A stretch of 64,000 nucleotides of DNA, from positions 2,976,001 through 3,040,000 of the forward strand of contig OY769902.1 in the NCBI GenBank assembly GCA_963669175.1, read 5' to 3'. The notes under the pieces are model-generated. The model had not been told where the DNA came from, did no database searches, and worked only from the letters and a program-made list of their open reading frames with translations. This document shows, one piece after another, positions 30,770 to 41,436 of the stretch. The translations under genes were made by a program, and so were the position numbers. Every line of letters starts with the position of its first letter. Within the stretch, counting starts at the first letter, position 1. Source of the DNA: a bacterium (GTDB lineage: Bacteria; Electryoneota; Electryoneia; Electryoneales; Electryoneaceae).

Positions 30770-31357
30770 GTGGCCAGTGATCAGGATGTTCGGGAACAAA
30801 TCGTTGCCGCAGCAAGTAGAGTATATCGGAAATGGGGCATGAAAAAGACCACCATGGAGGATATTGCTGCTGAAGCCGGTAAAGGTAAAGCGACACTATA
30901 TTACTATTTCAAGAGTAAGGAGGAAGTGTTTCAGTCGGTGTTGGAAAGGCATTTCTTTGAAATTCAGCAGACCATCAAGCAGGAGATGAATAAGGTTACC
31001 TCGGCGACGGATAAACTGAAGCGTTATGCCATTACCATGTTCGTTGAAGCCAGGAAGCAGGTAACTGTATTCGCCTTGTTGAAGCAGGAAGTACGCGAAG
31101 ACAAAAAGCTGCTCTATGAATTACGGGAAAGCTTCGATTCTTATGATATTCACATCATCAAGGAAATCATGTATTACGGTTTTGAACGCGGTGAATTTGC
31201 CCGATTAAGCGCGAAAGAGATGTCTACTATTGCCTATGCTGTATCATCCATGATTCGTGGCATTGTTCTGAATGTCCTGCTTGATCTTAATACACAGGAT
31301 GACGAAGAACGGCTTGAAACAATCTGCGAATTTGTAGCGCGTGGATTACGAGTCTGA
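30770..31357 (+). CDS. TetR/AcrR family regulator
   Basis: TTMEDIAAEAGKGKATLYYYFKSKEE HTH; GTG start after GAGGAG. Confidence 0.92.
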   Translation: MASDQDVREQIVAAASRVYRKWGMKKTTMEDIAAEAGKGKATLYYYFKSKEEVFQSVLERHFFEIQQTIKQEMNKVTSATDKLKRYAITMFVEARKQVTVFALLKQEVREDKKLLYELRESFDSYDIHIIKEIMYYGFERGEFARLSAKEMSTIAYAVSSMIRGIVLNVLLDLNTQDDEERLETICEFVARGLRV

Positions 31358-31375
31358 ATTTTTTTTATTCTAATA

Positions 31376-31400
31376 TCGACCAGCGAACGATGATAGTCGA
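31376..31400. promoter_or_regulatory. Putative TetR operator 2
   Basis: TCGACCAGCGAACGATGATAGTCGA. Confidence 0.65.
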
Positions 31401-31512
31401 AAGGGCGAAAGAAGAATTTTTACATATGATCATGGGAAAGCAGCTTGCATAAACGTGTGCGCTGGGGAAAAAGGGATCAAATTGGTGAAAACCATTTTTT
31501 TGTGGCAAAGAT

Positions 31513-31537
31513 TCGACCAGGGAACGAAAAAAGTCCA
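31513..31537. promoter_or_regulatory. Putative TetR operator 3
   Basis: TCGACCAGGGAACGAAAAAAGTCCA just upstream of the RND adaptor start. Confidence 0.65.
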
Positions 31538-31559
31538 AGGGACGATAGAGGGTGTTAAG

Positions 31560-32636
31560 ATGAAAAGCTTACGCATTCCATTGCTGATAGTGTTTGTCAT
31601 GAGCGCGTTCAGCATGTTTAACGGCTGTACATCGAATTCAAAGGCGAAAGAAGCTGGATACGAGACTCGTGTGGAAGTCCAGCAGGTTCGTTACATCGAT
31701 GATCGTGAGCGGATTCGCTATAGCGGTACTATTGAAGAGTCCGTGACCATTCCTGCCGCATTTGCGGTCAACGGCATCGTCAGTGAAGTGTTTGTTCGTG
31801 AAGGTGAGAAAGTCCAGAAAGGTCAACTTCTGGCAACGCTTGATAATGCCACTTTCCAGAATGCTTACCTGATGGCGGAAGCTACGTATAAGCGTGCGAT
31901 TGATGCAGTAGAGAGGCTTCGTCCCATGCACGAAAACGGCAACCTGCCGGATATCAAGATGGTCGAAGCCGAAACAGGGCTTCAGCAGGCCACCGCTGCG
32001 CTTGAGTTGGCGAAAAAGAATCTCGCGGATTGTCAGTTGCTGGCCCCGGAAGCGGGGGTTGTCGGAAGGCGTTCCATTGAAGTCGGTGGCGGCGCTGCGC
32101 CGGGTGTTACGGCAATCAGGATAGTACAGATCAATCGTGTCAAGGCGGTCATAACGGTGCATGAAAATGAGATCAGTCAGCTTTCGCAGGGAATGACGGC
32201 GCTGGTGTCGATTCCTGCGTTGGGAAATCGTGACTGGGAAGCCCGGATTGACGAGATCGGTGTGGTAGCTGATCCTTTGTCGCACACCTACAAGGTAAAA
32301 CTGACCATCGCCAATCGTGATCACCAGATCAAGCCAGGCATGATCTGCAATGTGGTGGTCATTCATTCCAATGACGCGCCGGTTTTGTGTTTACCGATAG
32401 ATGCGGTTCAGGTTGACGAACACCGTAACAACTATGTCTTCGTGGTGAATACACATGAGATGACAGTCCATAAGAATCTGGTGAAAACGGGTGAATTTCT
32501 CCAGGATGGTCTGACTGTCAAAGACGGCCTGGAAGCTGATGATATTGTGGTTGTAAGCGGGCAGCACAAGCTGTATGAGAATGCACCAGTGGTTGTCATG
32601 AATATGGATGATGTATCCGGGAGCAGCCGGCAATGA
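31560..32636 (+). CDS. RND efflux periplasmic adaptor lipoprotein
   Basis: Lipobox FNGC, VREGEKVQKGQLLA, LLAPEAGVV, IKPGM. Confidence 0.9.
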   Translation: MKSLRIPLLIVFVMSAFSMFNGCTSNSKAKEAGYETRVEVQQVRYIDDRERIRYSGTIEESVTIPAAFAVNGIVSEVFVREGEKVQKGQLLATLDNATFQNAYLMAEATYKRAIDAVERLRPMHENGNLPDIKMVEAETGLQQATAALELAKKNLADCQLLAPEAGVVGRRSIEVGGGAAPGVTAIRIVQINRVKAVITVHENEISQLSQGMTALVSIPALGNRDWEARIDEIGVVADPLSHTYKVKLTIANRDHQIKPGMICNVVVIHSNDAPVLCLPIDAVQVDEHRNNYVFVVNTHEMTVHKNLVKTGEFLQDGLTVKDGLEADDIVVVSGQHKLYENAPVVVMNMDDVSGSSRQ

Positions 32637-35600
32637 AGATAATCGAAAAAGTCACCCAGGCTGCGCTGAACAATCAACAGGTTGTTATCGTCGTTACCGC
32701 AGCTCTGCTGGTTTTTGGAACAATCTCGTTGTTTGTCATGCCACGTCAGGAATTTCCTGAATTTGTCGTACGCCAGGGGATCATCGTCGGTGTATTTCCG
32801 GGCGCGTCTTCAGTAGAGGTAGAGGAGAGGCTGACAACCAAGGTTGAGAACTTCCTGTTCAGTTACGAGGAAGTGGACCGGAACAAAACCTATTCCATTT
32901 CTGAAGAAGGGATGATGTACATCTTCGTGGAAGTGCGCGGGGATGTGGAAGATGCGGATCTGTTCTGGGCGACATTGCGGCATGGTTTGCAGGAGTTGAA
33001 AGCGCAATTGCCGCAAGAAGTGCTGGCCTTGATTGCCAACAATAAATTCGGTGATGCCTCGGCTTTGTTGCTGACTTTACAGTCGGACAGGCGCACCTAC
33101 AAGGAGCTGGAAGAATACCTGAATGTGATCGAAGAGGAAATTCGCAAGCTTCCTTCTGTTTCGGCCATTAAACACTATGGCTTGCAGCGTGAAGTCATCA
33201 ATATCTACTTCGATAATGAGAAGATGGCTTCTTACGGAATCAATCCTTATACGCTGTTTGCCATGTTGCGAATGGAGAACTCGGTAACCTATGCCGGGAA
33301 CATTGATGACGGAAAAGTATCCATGCCCGTCCATCTTCCGGACAGGTATGAAACAGAGAAAGACCTGGCTGAACAGATAGTATATACCGATCCTCGTGGT
33401 GTTGTGGTTCGGTTGAAAGATGTCGCGCGTGTGGTTCGAGAGTATGAAGAACCGGATTCCTATGTCCAGATTGACGGTAATAATTGCATCGTCCTGAGCC
33501 TGGAAATGATGAACGGGAACAATATTGTCAAGTTCGGTAAAGACATTGATAAAATCCTGGAACAGACCCTGAAGACTCTTCCGCCGGATCTGCAAATCAA
33601 TACAATCGCTGATATGCCTCAAGCAGTGGACGAGGCTGTAACAGTATTTCTGCATGAGTTTGTCGTTGCAATCCTGGCCGTCATCATTGTGACGATGATT
33701 CTCCTTCCTTTCAGGGTATCCTCCATTGCCGCCTTGACCATACCGATCACAATTCTGGTTACGATGGGCCTGCTGTACATGCGTGGGATAGAGTTACACA
33801 CAGTTTCCCTTGCCGCACTGATCGTTGTTTTGGGAATGGTAGTTGACAATACTATTGTCATCATTGATAACTATGTGGAACAGCTTGACCAGGGCATTGA
33901 TCCCTGGAAAGCGGCGTGGCAGAGTGTTGCCGAGTTATTTATCCCCGTTTTCAGCGCCACGCTGGCCATCATCGCTGTGTTTGTGCCGATGACCATTTTC
34001 CTTACCGGTTTACCGGGTGATTTTGTCAAACCTTTCCCGGATACGATTATCATCACGCTTGGCGTTTCGCTTCTGGTTGCCGTGCTGATCGTGCCGATTC
34101 TTTCCTATACCATGATTAAAACCGGTTTACATAGTCAAAAGGATGAAACGAAAAAGAAGAAAATCTCCATGCTGGACCGTATGCAGAACAGTTACAACAG
34201 GATGATAGAATTCATTTTCAAACACAAAGGAATGATACTTCTGGGATCTGTTTTATTGCTGGCGCTTACTGGGGTAGTCGGTTCGAAACTGACCAGTAAG
34301 TTCGGACCTGTTGTGGATCGTGACCAGTTTGCGGTTGAGATTTACCTGGCGGAAGGAACATCACTGGATCTGACGGCCAAGGCTTGCGAAGATCTTCAGA
34401 ATGTTTTGTTACAAGATCCACGTGTAGAACATGTCACCGCATTTGTCGGCACAAGTTCGCCAAGGTTCCATTCGCTATACGCGCCCAATATGCCGGGTGA
34501 GAACTATGCGCAATTGATCGTAAATACTGTGTCCGTCAAAGCGACCAAGGAAGTTGTCGCGGAGTATGGAAGGACATACAAATCATCCGTTCCTGAAGCA
34601 TTTTATCGTTGGAAACAGCTCGAATTTACGAAATCGATTTATCCTATTGAAATACGAATTTCCGGCGATAACATCAGCGATTTGAAATCTGTCGGCGAAC
34701 GTGTGGAGCAGATTATCCGCGATACCGGCGGTGCATCCTGGATCAGAACGGATTACCGTGAACCGCTTCCCGGGATCAAGGTTCTGGCAAACGAAGATGA
34801 GGCCAACCGCCTGGGCCTGACCAAGGCCATGATTGCTTACACCATAGCATCCGGTGTTAAAGGACTGCCCCTTGCGACAGTCTGGGAGGGTGATTATCCG
34901 GTCAATATTGTTTTGCGCCAGGAAGCATCTGAGAAGACAGATGTGGAAGATTTGAAAAATATGTATATCAGCTCACCGTTCAGTCCTGTCTCTGTTCGAG
35001 CACGACAAGTAGCCAGGATTGAGCCTGAATGGACCGAGGGAGCCATTATAAGGCGAAATGGTAGACGGACTCTCACAGTTTGTGCGGATGTAAAACTTGG
35101 CGAGTTCGCTTACCGGATTTTCAATGAGATCAAACCTCAGATTGAAGGATTGGACCTTCCGGATGGAGTGTCGATTGCCTTTGGTGGGGATCACGAGACT
35201 GAAATAGAGACGTATACACCGTTCGTGTATTCTCTTATCACAAGCATTGTGGTAATCTTCTTCATCTTATTGTTCCAATTTAAAACTGTCCGCCTTTCCA
35301 TGTTGATCATGAGCATAGTCCCCTTCAGCGCATTCGGGGCGCTTGTCGGTTTGCTTCTCTTCAGGTATCCGTTCGGCATGACAGCGTTTATCGGTATCAT
35401 CAGTCTTGTGGGCATGGTCATACGTAATGGTGTCATCTACGTTGATTATGCGGAACATCTGCGAAATGAACAGGGGATGCCGTTGAATGAAGCAGCCCTT
35501 GCAGCCGCCAAACGCAGGTTGCGTCCCATCTTTCTGACATCAATGGCTGCGGCAGTAGGTGTGATTCCCATGATCATAAGTCGTTCGCCGTTATGGGGAC

Positions 35601-37072
35601 CGCTTGGGGCGGTAGTTTGTTTCGGTATGCTGTTTACCATGGTAATCACGCTGATTGTACTGCCGGTTCTCTATACGGTTTTCGGACCGGGTAAAAAGGC
35701 GTCAGTGAAAGGACTGAAGCCCGTCCTCACAGCGATGGTGATCCTTTCCCTCAGTCTGCTGGCAGGTTTTAATCAGGCGCAAGCGCAGAGTGCTCTGACA
35801 TTGGAGCAGGCAAAACAATTCGCCCTGGAAAACAGTATTGAGCTGAGAAATGCGCAGGAGGAAGTACGTGCTGCAAGGCACGTAAAGCGCAGTGCATTTA
35901 CCGGTTATTTCCCGGAAGTCAGCGCCACGGGGATGGTTATGAAAATGAATGATCCCCTGGTCGACTTCAAGATGGATGCCGTCAACCTCCCCGTTTATGA
36001 CGGCAACCCGGCCAACCTGCTTTCGCCAACCGAGTTCGCCTATTTCCCCGGACTGTCCCTCAATGCTGGAGAAGACGTGCTGACCGGCGCTGTCACAGCC
36101 GTACAACCGGTGTTTGCAGGTGGCCGCATTTTTAACGGAAATCGACTGGCGTCCATTGGGGTGGATGTCAGGGAGACACAGCGTGAACTGGCTGAAAAAG
36201 ATGTCCTGATAAAAACAGAACAACAGTACTGGCAACTGGTTTCCCTGAATGAAAAACTCAAGACCATCGAAGCCTACGAAACTCTACTGCTGGACCTTGA
36301 AGAACAGGTTCTCGATGCCTGGAACGCCGGCCTGGTACTCGAAAATGATGTGCTCAAGGTGCAGTTAAAGCTAAGTGAAATCCAGTTAAATAAATCGAAG
36401 CTCTTGAATGGGAAGAAGCTGGCGACCATGGCTTTCTGCCAGTACATCGGTATGCCCTACGATTCAACGATGACGCTTGCTTCCAGTATCGATGATATGG
36501 AAGCGGAGACGCTGAGGCATCTCGATCATGCCGCCGCTCTGGAATCTCGCGGTGAATACCGGTTGCTGCAAAAATCGGTGAAAGCATCCAAGTTGCAAAC
36601 GAATATGGCGATTGGTGAAAACATGCCGACAGTTGCGGTGGGACTGGCAGAATTCTACATGAAAGTGGATGACTACGATCACCTGGACAATGCTGTCGGG
36701 TTTGTCGCCATGCAGATTCCCATTTCAGGCTGGTGGGGTGGGTCTCATAAGATTGCTGAACACAAGGCACACCAGCGCATCGCTGAGAACAGGCTGGAAG
36801 ATTCCGAAGAGCTGCTTCTGCTGCAAATGGATAAAACCTGGCAGGACTACACAGAAGCGCAGGATCAATACAAACTCAGCCTGCAAACACAACAACAGGT
36901 ACAGACCAATGTGCGCGTAACCAAGTCTGCGTATGATAATGGAGTCGTAGATGTGTCCGATTTGCTGGAAGCGCAGGCGTTGTTACAGGAGGCCAATGAC
37001 CGTGTTATCGAAGCCAGAATCGATCTCCGGATGAAGAAACTTCAGTATCTGCAGGCAACGGGAAAGCTGTAG
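32633..37072 (+). CDS. RND permease (AcrB-like) fused to a TolC-like outer-membrane domain
   Basis: GMVVDNTIV, RLRPIFLTS in the first ~1020 aa; then LTLEQAKQFALENS, QPVFAGG, QIPISGW, SDLLEAQ. Confidence 0.9.
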   Translation: MKIIEKVTQAALNNQQVVIVVTAALLVFGTISLFVMPRQEFPEFVVRQGIIVGVFPGASSVEVEERLTTKVENFLFSYEEVDRNKTYSISEEGMMYIFVEVRGDVEDADLFWATLRHGLQELKAQLPQEVLALIANNKFGDASALLLTLQSDRRTYKELEEYLNVIEEEIRKLPSVSAIKHYGLQREVINIYFDNEKMASYGINPYTLFAMLRMENSVTYAGNIDDGKVSMPVHLPDRYETEKDLAEQIVYTDPRGVVVRLKDVARVVREYEEPDSYVQIDGNNCIVLSLEMMNGNNIVKFGKDIDKILEQTLKTLPPDLQINTIADMPQAVDEAVTVFLHEFVVAILAVIIVTMILLPFRVSSIAALTIPITILVTMGLLYMRGIELHTVSLAALIVVLGMVVDNTIVIIDNYVEQLDQGIDPWKAAWQSVAELFIPVFSATLAIIAVFVPMTIFLTGLPGDFVKPFPDTIIITLGVSLLVAVLIVPILSYTMIKTGLHSQKDETKKKKISMLDRMQNSYNRMIEFIFKHKGMILLGSVLLLALTGVVGSKLTSKFGPVVDRDQFAVEIYLAEGTSLDLTAKACEDLQNVLLQDPRVEHVTAFVGTSSPRFHSLYAPNMPGENYAQLIVNTVSVKATKEVVAEYGRTYKSSVPEAFYRWKQLEFTKSIYPIEIRISGDNISDLKSVGERVEQIIRDTGGASWIRTDYREPLPGIKVLANEDEANRLGLTKAMIAYTIASGVKGLPLATVWEGDYPVNIVLRQEASEKTDVEDLKNMYISSPFSPVSVRARQVARIEPEWTEGAIIRRNGRRTLTVCADVKLGEFAYRIFNEIKPQIEGLDLPDGVSIAFGGDHETEIETYTPFVYSLITSIVVIFFILLFQFKTVRLSMLIMSIVPFSAFGALVGLLLFRYPFGMTAFIGIISLVGMVIRNGVIYVDYAEHLRNEQGMPLNEAALAAAKRRLRPIFLTSMAAAVGVIPMIISRSPLWGPLGAVVCFGMLFTMVITLIVLPVLYTVFGPGKKASVKGLKPVLTAMVILSLSLLAGFNQAQAQSALTLEQAKQFALENSIELRNAQEEVRAARHVKRSAFTGYFPEVSATGMVMKMNDPLVDFKMDAVNLPVYDGNPANLLSPTEFAYFPGLSLNAGEDVLTGAVTAVQPVFAGGRIFNGNRLASIGVDVRETQRELAEKDVLIKTEQQYWQLVSLNEKLKTIEAYETLLLDLEEQVLDAWNAGLVLENDVLKVQLKLSEIQLNKSKLLNGKKLATMAFCQYIGMPYDSTMTLASSIDDMEAETLRHLDHAAALESRGEYRLLQKSVKASKLQTNMAIGENMPTVAVGLAEFYMKVDDYDHLDNAVGFVAMQIPISGWWGGSHKIAEHKAHQRIAENRLEDSEELLLLQMDKTWQDYTEAQDQYKLSLQTQQQVQTNVRVTKSAYDNGVVDVSDLLEAQALLQEANDRVIEARIDLRMKKLQYLQATGKL

Positions 37073-37291
37073 ACCATGATTTTGCTGACCGTTACCGGGG
37101 CAACTTCCTTTTCTCCCACATAAACCACCTGCCGTCCCGGTAGCGTGAAGGCCTGGTGATCGGGTTGCTGTCCCTGTGGGATCAGAGCGGTTTCTGATTC
37201 CCCCAGACTGACGCCGTTTCCTCCCACAGGGAACCCGATTCCAGTTCCTGCTAATCAAATATAAAGAATATAAAGCGATTCTCATTATTAA

Positions 37292-37568
37292 TCCGTCATG
37301 TGGTCATGTGCCAGATCAGTGAAAGGTCAACCATATAGTTGGAATAAAGGATATGGAAAAAGGGGACTGCCTCCTTTCCCTGGGGGAAAGCCTTCCCGGT
37401 CTGAGCAGGGATCGGGAAAGGTGGCGGTACCCATTTTCTTGAGAGCAGGCAGGACGTACACGGAAAAGGGGACAGTTTCCTTTTCCAGGAATACTTCAGG
37501 AATATTCCGTATAAACGAGAGGAAAAGGATCCCGTCCCCTTTTCCCGGCAATCATACATTATGACGGA
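37292..37568. mobile_element. Intact 277-bp MITE/REPIN-like 4-REP cassette (empty IS110 site)
   Basis: TCCGTCAT...ATGACGGA ends; uninterrupted AAAAGGGGAC-AGTTTCC at 37464-37480. Confidence 0.75.
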
Positions 37569-37803
37569 ATAAAACCGAGAACAGCTGTATTTTCTTCTTT
37601 CAGTCCTTTTCCTTATACTCAATCGCACTGAAGGGAAAGCGCATTGGAGTGGAAAACTTCTCTGGAGTATACCAGCGATTGGAATCTTGGAGAGACAGAC
37701 CGTATAATCAAAGCTACCTTGGTTTCCTACTCATGTTGGAATCTCCCAGGTCCAGGGGAGACCTGGAGATCGTTTTGCGGCGCCGTAAGCAGGGAGGCTA
37801 TTG

Positions 37804-39141
37804 ATGCGGCCTGGATTCATTGTAGTAGTCCTACTACTTTTTTTCATGATTCTAATTGGGGCTCCGGTCACACCGGCATTTGCCGACAGTGACAATAACG
37901 ATAGCGCTCCATCAGATAGCATAAAGCAATGGAAAGATAAGAACCTCAAGAAATCAGCTCTTGCCTGGACCGGAAGCGCTATCGGGGATGTCATCTACTT
38001 TCCATTCTGGCTTACGTTTTCCATTCTCAAAGAAGGCGTAACAATCGTTGAAAAGACAAAGATTGTTGAAAAAATCGACGATTTGCTCACCAAGGATGAC
38101 GGCACCCGGAAACTGGAACCGATTATCTCGCCAAGCAGGGGCATTGGAGGACGACTTATCCTGAAACGGCACGGTGATGACCTTGCACGTCTGAATCTTG
38201 CCGCATCAGGATTACATGAAGGAAGAAGCCTCGAAGAGCTAGAGCTGGCTGATGTTCCGTTGGCCGGTCGCGCCCTGATGATGAACCTTTACGGATTCTA
38301 CGCACGCATGCCGGAAGAACCGTTCTTCGGGTACGGACCGCATTCTTCCTATGAGATGGGTAGCGAATTCGGGATTGAACGCTTCGGTGGTGAACTCGGG
38401 CTGGCTTCAGAAGTTCTGCAACATGTCGAGCTTGAAGGTTTTGGCGGATACCAGTCTACACGTTCCTTCCGTGAAGAGGAAGAAGATGATGGTAACACAG
38501 GCGATGATTTTCCTGATAATCCGCTTTGGTCGATCACTCCGCTGAACACTTATCCCGGTGGGGATGAAAGGGTTGAACTGATGTTTGTCGGCGCCGGTTT
38601 TTCAATCGACAAACGCAATCATTTGGGCATTCCCACAAAAGGCTATCAGTTTACACTGACGTCCAGCCTGTTCACTGAAGTGGAAGAAGAGAATTTCGGC
38701 TTCCTGAAAACCTACGTCGATTTCCGGAAGTATATCCATCTTTTTTACGGACGTACCCTGATCGTCCGCATGGCTGGTGAGTTTACTGATCCCTTCGATG
38801 ACCGGATGATCCCTTTCTACAACCTTTCCGAGATTGGTGAAACCAATACGGTGCGCGGGTTTAAACGTGGACGTTTCAGGGATAATGATGCCGTTTACGG
38901 AACCCTGGAATACCGTGTCCCGATCCGGGATGTCTGGCAGGAATCCGGGTATGATTTCCATGTGTTCGCAGATGGCGGCCAGGTTGCTTCGGATATCTTC
39001 CAGGATTTCACCTGGAAGAATTCGCAAGCCGGTTTTGGTTTTGGAGTAAGAACCTGGAACCTGGAAAAAGAAGCGTTACGGGTTGATTTCGGGTTCTGCC
39101 GTGACGGTTTCAGAATCTACCTCGTACTGAATGCCATCTAG
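37804..39141 (+). CDS. Omp85/BamA-TamA-family outer-membrane barrel without evident POTRA domains
   Basis: Signal peptide, DKRNH..PTKG, VRGFKRGRFRD loop-6 motif, EYR, GFGFGVR, LRVDFG. Confidence 0.8.
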   Translation: MRPGFIVVVLLLFFMILIGAPVTPAFADSDNNDSAPSDSIKQWKDKNLKKSALAWTGSAIGDVIYFPFWLTFSILKEGVTIVEKTKIVEKIDDLLTKDDGTRKLEPIISPSRGIGGRLILKRHGDDLARLNLAASGLHEGRSLEELELADVPLAGRALMMNLYGFYARMPEEPFFGYGPHSSYEMGSEFGIERFGGELGLASEVLQHVELEGFGGYQSTRSFREEEEDDGNTGDDFPDNPLWSITPLNTYPGGDERVELMFVGAGFSIDKRNHLGIPTKGYQFTLTSSLFTEVEEENFGFLKTYVDFRKYIHLFYGRTLIVRMAGEFTDPFDDRMIPFYNLSEIGETNTVRGFKRGRFRDNDAVYGTLEYRVPIRDVWQESGYDFHVFADGGQVASDIFQDFTWKNSQAGFGFGVRTWNLEKEALRVDFGFCRDGFRIYLVLNAI

Positions 39142-39151
39142 GGGATTGACC

Positions 39152-40849
39152 ATGTTGACCATAAAACAGCTTTCAAAACATTTTGCCGGTGTTGTTCTGA
39201 TTGGAACAGTCGTAGCGGTGTTTTCCGGGTGTGCGGCGCATGAGAAGTTTATCCCGCCAGATCCGCTACCCAGTGATAATAACAGTGTGCCGACCCCGGA
39301 ATACAGGGGGGCGCCGCTTGATTTTGAAGACGCCCTGGACAAACAGCTTATCCTGCAGGGTGACCAGTTATGTGATTTTACCCGTGCCTATGGCAATGTT
39401 ACGGATCGCCCCAAACAGGCGCTGAACTTGACCGCGTTTGATGAGGTTCCGAATTCGACCTGGTTCACCAATCGTAACGCGACAAAACCGATGAGCCTGG
39501 AAGAAATACGGATCGGTCCGGATAAGGGAAATGGACCTGATCCCAACACCACGTGGATTATCAAACGGGCCAAGGCGGAAGGAGTGACTCCGGGATTCCA
39601 TATCAAGGACGGTCATGGAGATCGGTATGTGATCAAGTTTGATCCTATCGGATTCTCGGGGTTGAATTCCGGCGCGGAAGTTGTTGGAACCAAGCTCTTC
39701 TATGCCGCCGGATACAATACTCCGGAAAATTATATCGTCTATTTCAATCCTGATATTCTGGAGATGGGTGATGGCGTAAAGATCGTGGACGAGAAAGGTC
39801 GTAAACGTCTGATGACGGAAGAGGATCTGGAAGCGATCCTGGCGCGTGTGGAATATCGTGAAGATGGCACCATTCGTGCCTTGGCAAGCAAATATATCCC
39901 CGGGAATCTGCTCGGACCTTTCGATTTCGAGGGAGTTCGCAAGGATGACCCCAATGATTTTGTCCCGCATGAACACCGCCGCGAGTTGAGAGGACAGAGA
40001 ATATTCGCCACCTGGATCAACCATATTGACGCCAAGCAGGCGAACTCGATGGACACTTACATCGGGGAGGAAGGTGAAGGGCATGTTATTCACTATATGA
40101 TGGACTTCGGCACCACCTTGGGCAGTGGCGGGCGTGGTCCCCATCCGAAATACCGTGGTCATCAGAACGAACTCGATCCGCATGGAGTCCTGTTCAAGAT
40201 ACTCACTCTCGGATTCTGGGTTGAGGATTGGGAAAAGACGGATACTGTAGCCTATCCCAGCGCGGGACGGTTTTCACCGACTGATGTTGACCCGGATGGT
40301 TTCAAATTCATCTTCCCGAACCCGGCCTACGATAACTGCACTGATCTGGATGGATACTGGGGCGCTAAGCTGGTTATGTCTTTCCGGGATGATCAGCTTG
40401 CAGCGGCCGTGTCAACAGGACAATACCCGTATGACGCTGCTGAGTATCTGACCAAAACCCTGATCAGCAGACGGGATATTATTGGTCGTTTCTGGTTTGA
40501 CCGGGTCGCGCCATTGGATTGGTTCAAACTGGAGAAGGATCAGGAAAACAACCTGTCGCTAGTCTGGACAGATCTTGCCGTGGAATATAACCTGGAAGAT
40601 GATGGGAAAACGCTTTACACCTGTGAATTAAGTATGGACGCCGGTAAGACGGTGTTCTATTCTGCAGAATCGACCAGCGGGCAGGTGCTGTTACAAAATA
40701 TCCCCTGGGATTCGGGAGATCAGCTCATGGTGACCATCCGACTGCAACGCCCCGGTGAGAAGGAACAAAGCCGCTGGACAAAGGTGTACCTTGAGCGAGA
40801 TCCGGAAACCGGCGCTCCCTGCCTGGTTGGGTTGCAACGGGAAGAATAG
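39152..40849 (+). CDS. Hypothetical lipoprotein with atypical kinase-like (HipA/PI3K-like) motifs
   Basis: Lipobox FSGC; EGVTPG, YVIKFD, AEVV, NHIDAKQAN, MDFG. Confidence 0.65.
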   Translation: MLTIKQLSKHFAGVVLIGTVVAVFSGCAAHEKFIPPDPLPSDNNSVPTPEYRGAPLDFEDALDKQLILQGDQLCDFTRAYGNVTDRPKQALNLTAFDEVPNSTWFTNRNATKPMSLEEIRIGPDKGNGPDPNTTWIIKRAKAEGVTPGFHIKDGHGDRYVIKFDPIGFSGLNSGAEVVGTKLFYAAGYNTPENYIVYFNPDILEMGDGVKIVDEKGRKRLMTEEDLEAILARVEYREDGTIRALASKYIPGNLLGPFDFEGVRKDDPNDFVPHEHRRELRGQRIFATWINHIDAKQANSMDTYIGEEGEGHVIHYMMDFGTTLGSGGRGPHPKYRGHQNELDPHGVLFKILTLGFWVEDWEKTDTVAYPSAGRFSPTDVDPDGFKFIFPNPAYDNCTDLDGYWGAKLVMSFRDDQLAAAVSTGQYPYDAAEYLTKTLISRRDIIGRFWFDRVAPLDWFKLEKDQENNLSLVWTDLAVEYNLEDDGKTLYTCELSMDAGKTVFYSAESTSGQVLLQNIPWDSGDQLMVTIRLQRPGEKEQSRWTKVYLERDPETGAPCLVGLQREE

Positions 40850-40882
40850 GAGTACAAGGACGCTGGTATAACCTTAGCGACA

Positions 40883-41201
40883 GTACAGGTGGTCCCGAAT
40901 AGGTGATCCCGAATAGGTGATCCCGAACAGATGGGGCCGAACAGGGTGGGCCGAAAGTATTTGCTGATTCGAAAGTGTGCTGAATCAAAAGTATTTGCTG
41001 AATCGAAAGTTTTTGCTGATTCGATAGTATTTGTTGACTCGAAAAGTATTTGCTGATTCGAAAGTATTTGCTGAATCGAAAGTATTTGCTGATTCAAAAG
41101 TATTTGCTGATTCGAAAGTGTGCTGAATCGAAAGTGTTTGCTGATTTAAAAGTGTTTGCTGAATCGAAAGTATTTGCTGATTTAAAAGTGTTTGCTGATT
41201 C
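40883..41201 (+). repeat. Tandem arrays: 5 x 14 bp then 14 x ~18 bp
   Basis: GAATAGGTGATCCC-like units, then GAAAGTATTTGCTGA(T/A)TC units at 40953-41201 with no spacers. Confidence 0.9.
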
Positions 41202-41209
41202 GAAAATAT

Positions 41210-41415
41210 TTAGCCTGCTTTAGCAGGCTCCTCTTAGCACCCGGCTTTAGCCGGGTGGATGGATATAACAAATGCTATGAGCGCGCTTTAGCGTGCTTTA
41301 ACGTCATAGAACCTATACGAATCAGGAAAGCACCCTGAAGGGCGCTCGAACCGTTGTTGTCCTTGTTCCCCCGGCTAAAGCCGGGGGCTAAGAGGAGCAG
41401 GCTAAAGCCTGCTAA
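41210..41415. repeat. Multi-hairpin inverted element (REP family C, GCTTTAGC loops)
   Basis: About 49-bp inverted arms, each with two hairpins preceded by TTAG, plus an inner hairpin pair. Confidence 0.8.
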
Positions 41416-41436
41416 CACAAGTAAATAGATATTATC

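Noticed and set aside
37042-37227. Small minus-strand ORF, faintly cupin-like
   Set aside because: Overlaps the TolC stop, has no RBS and no convincing motif
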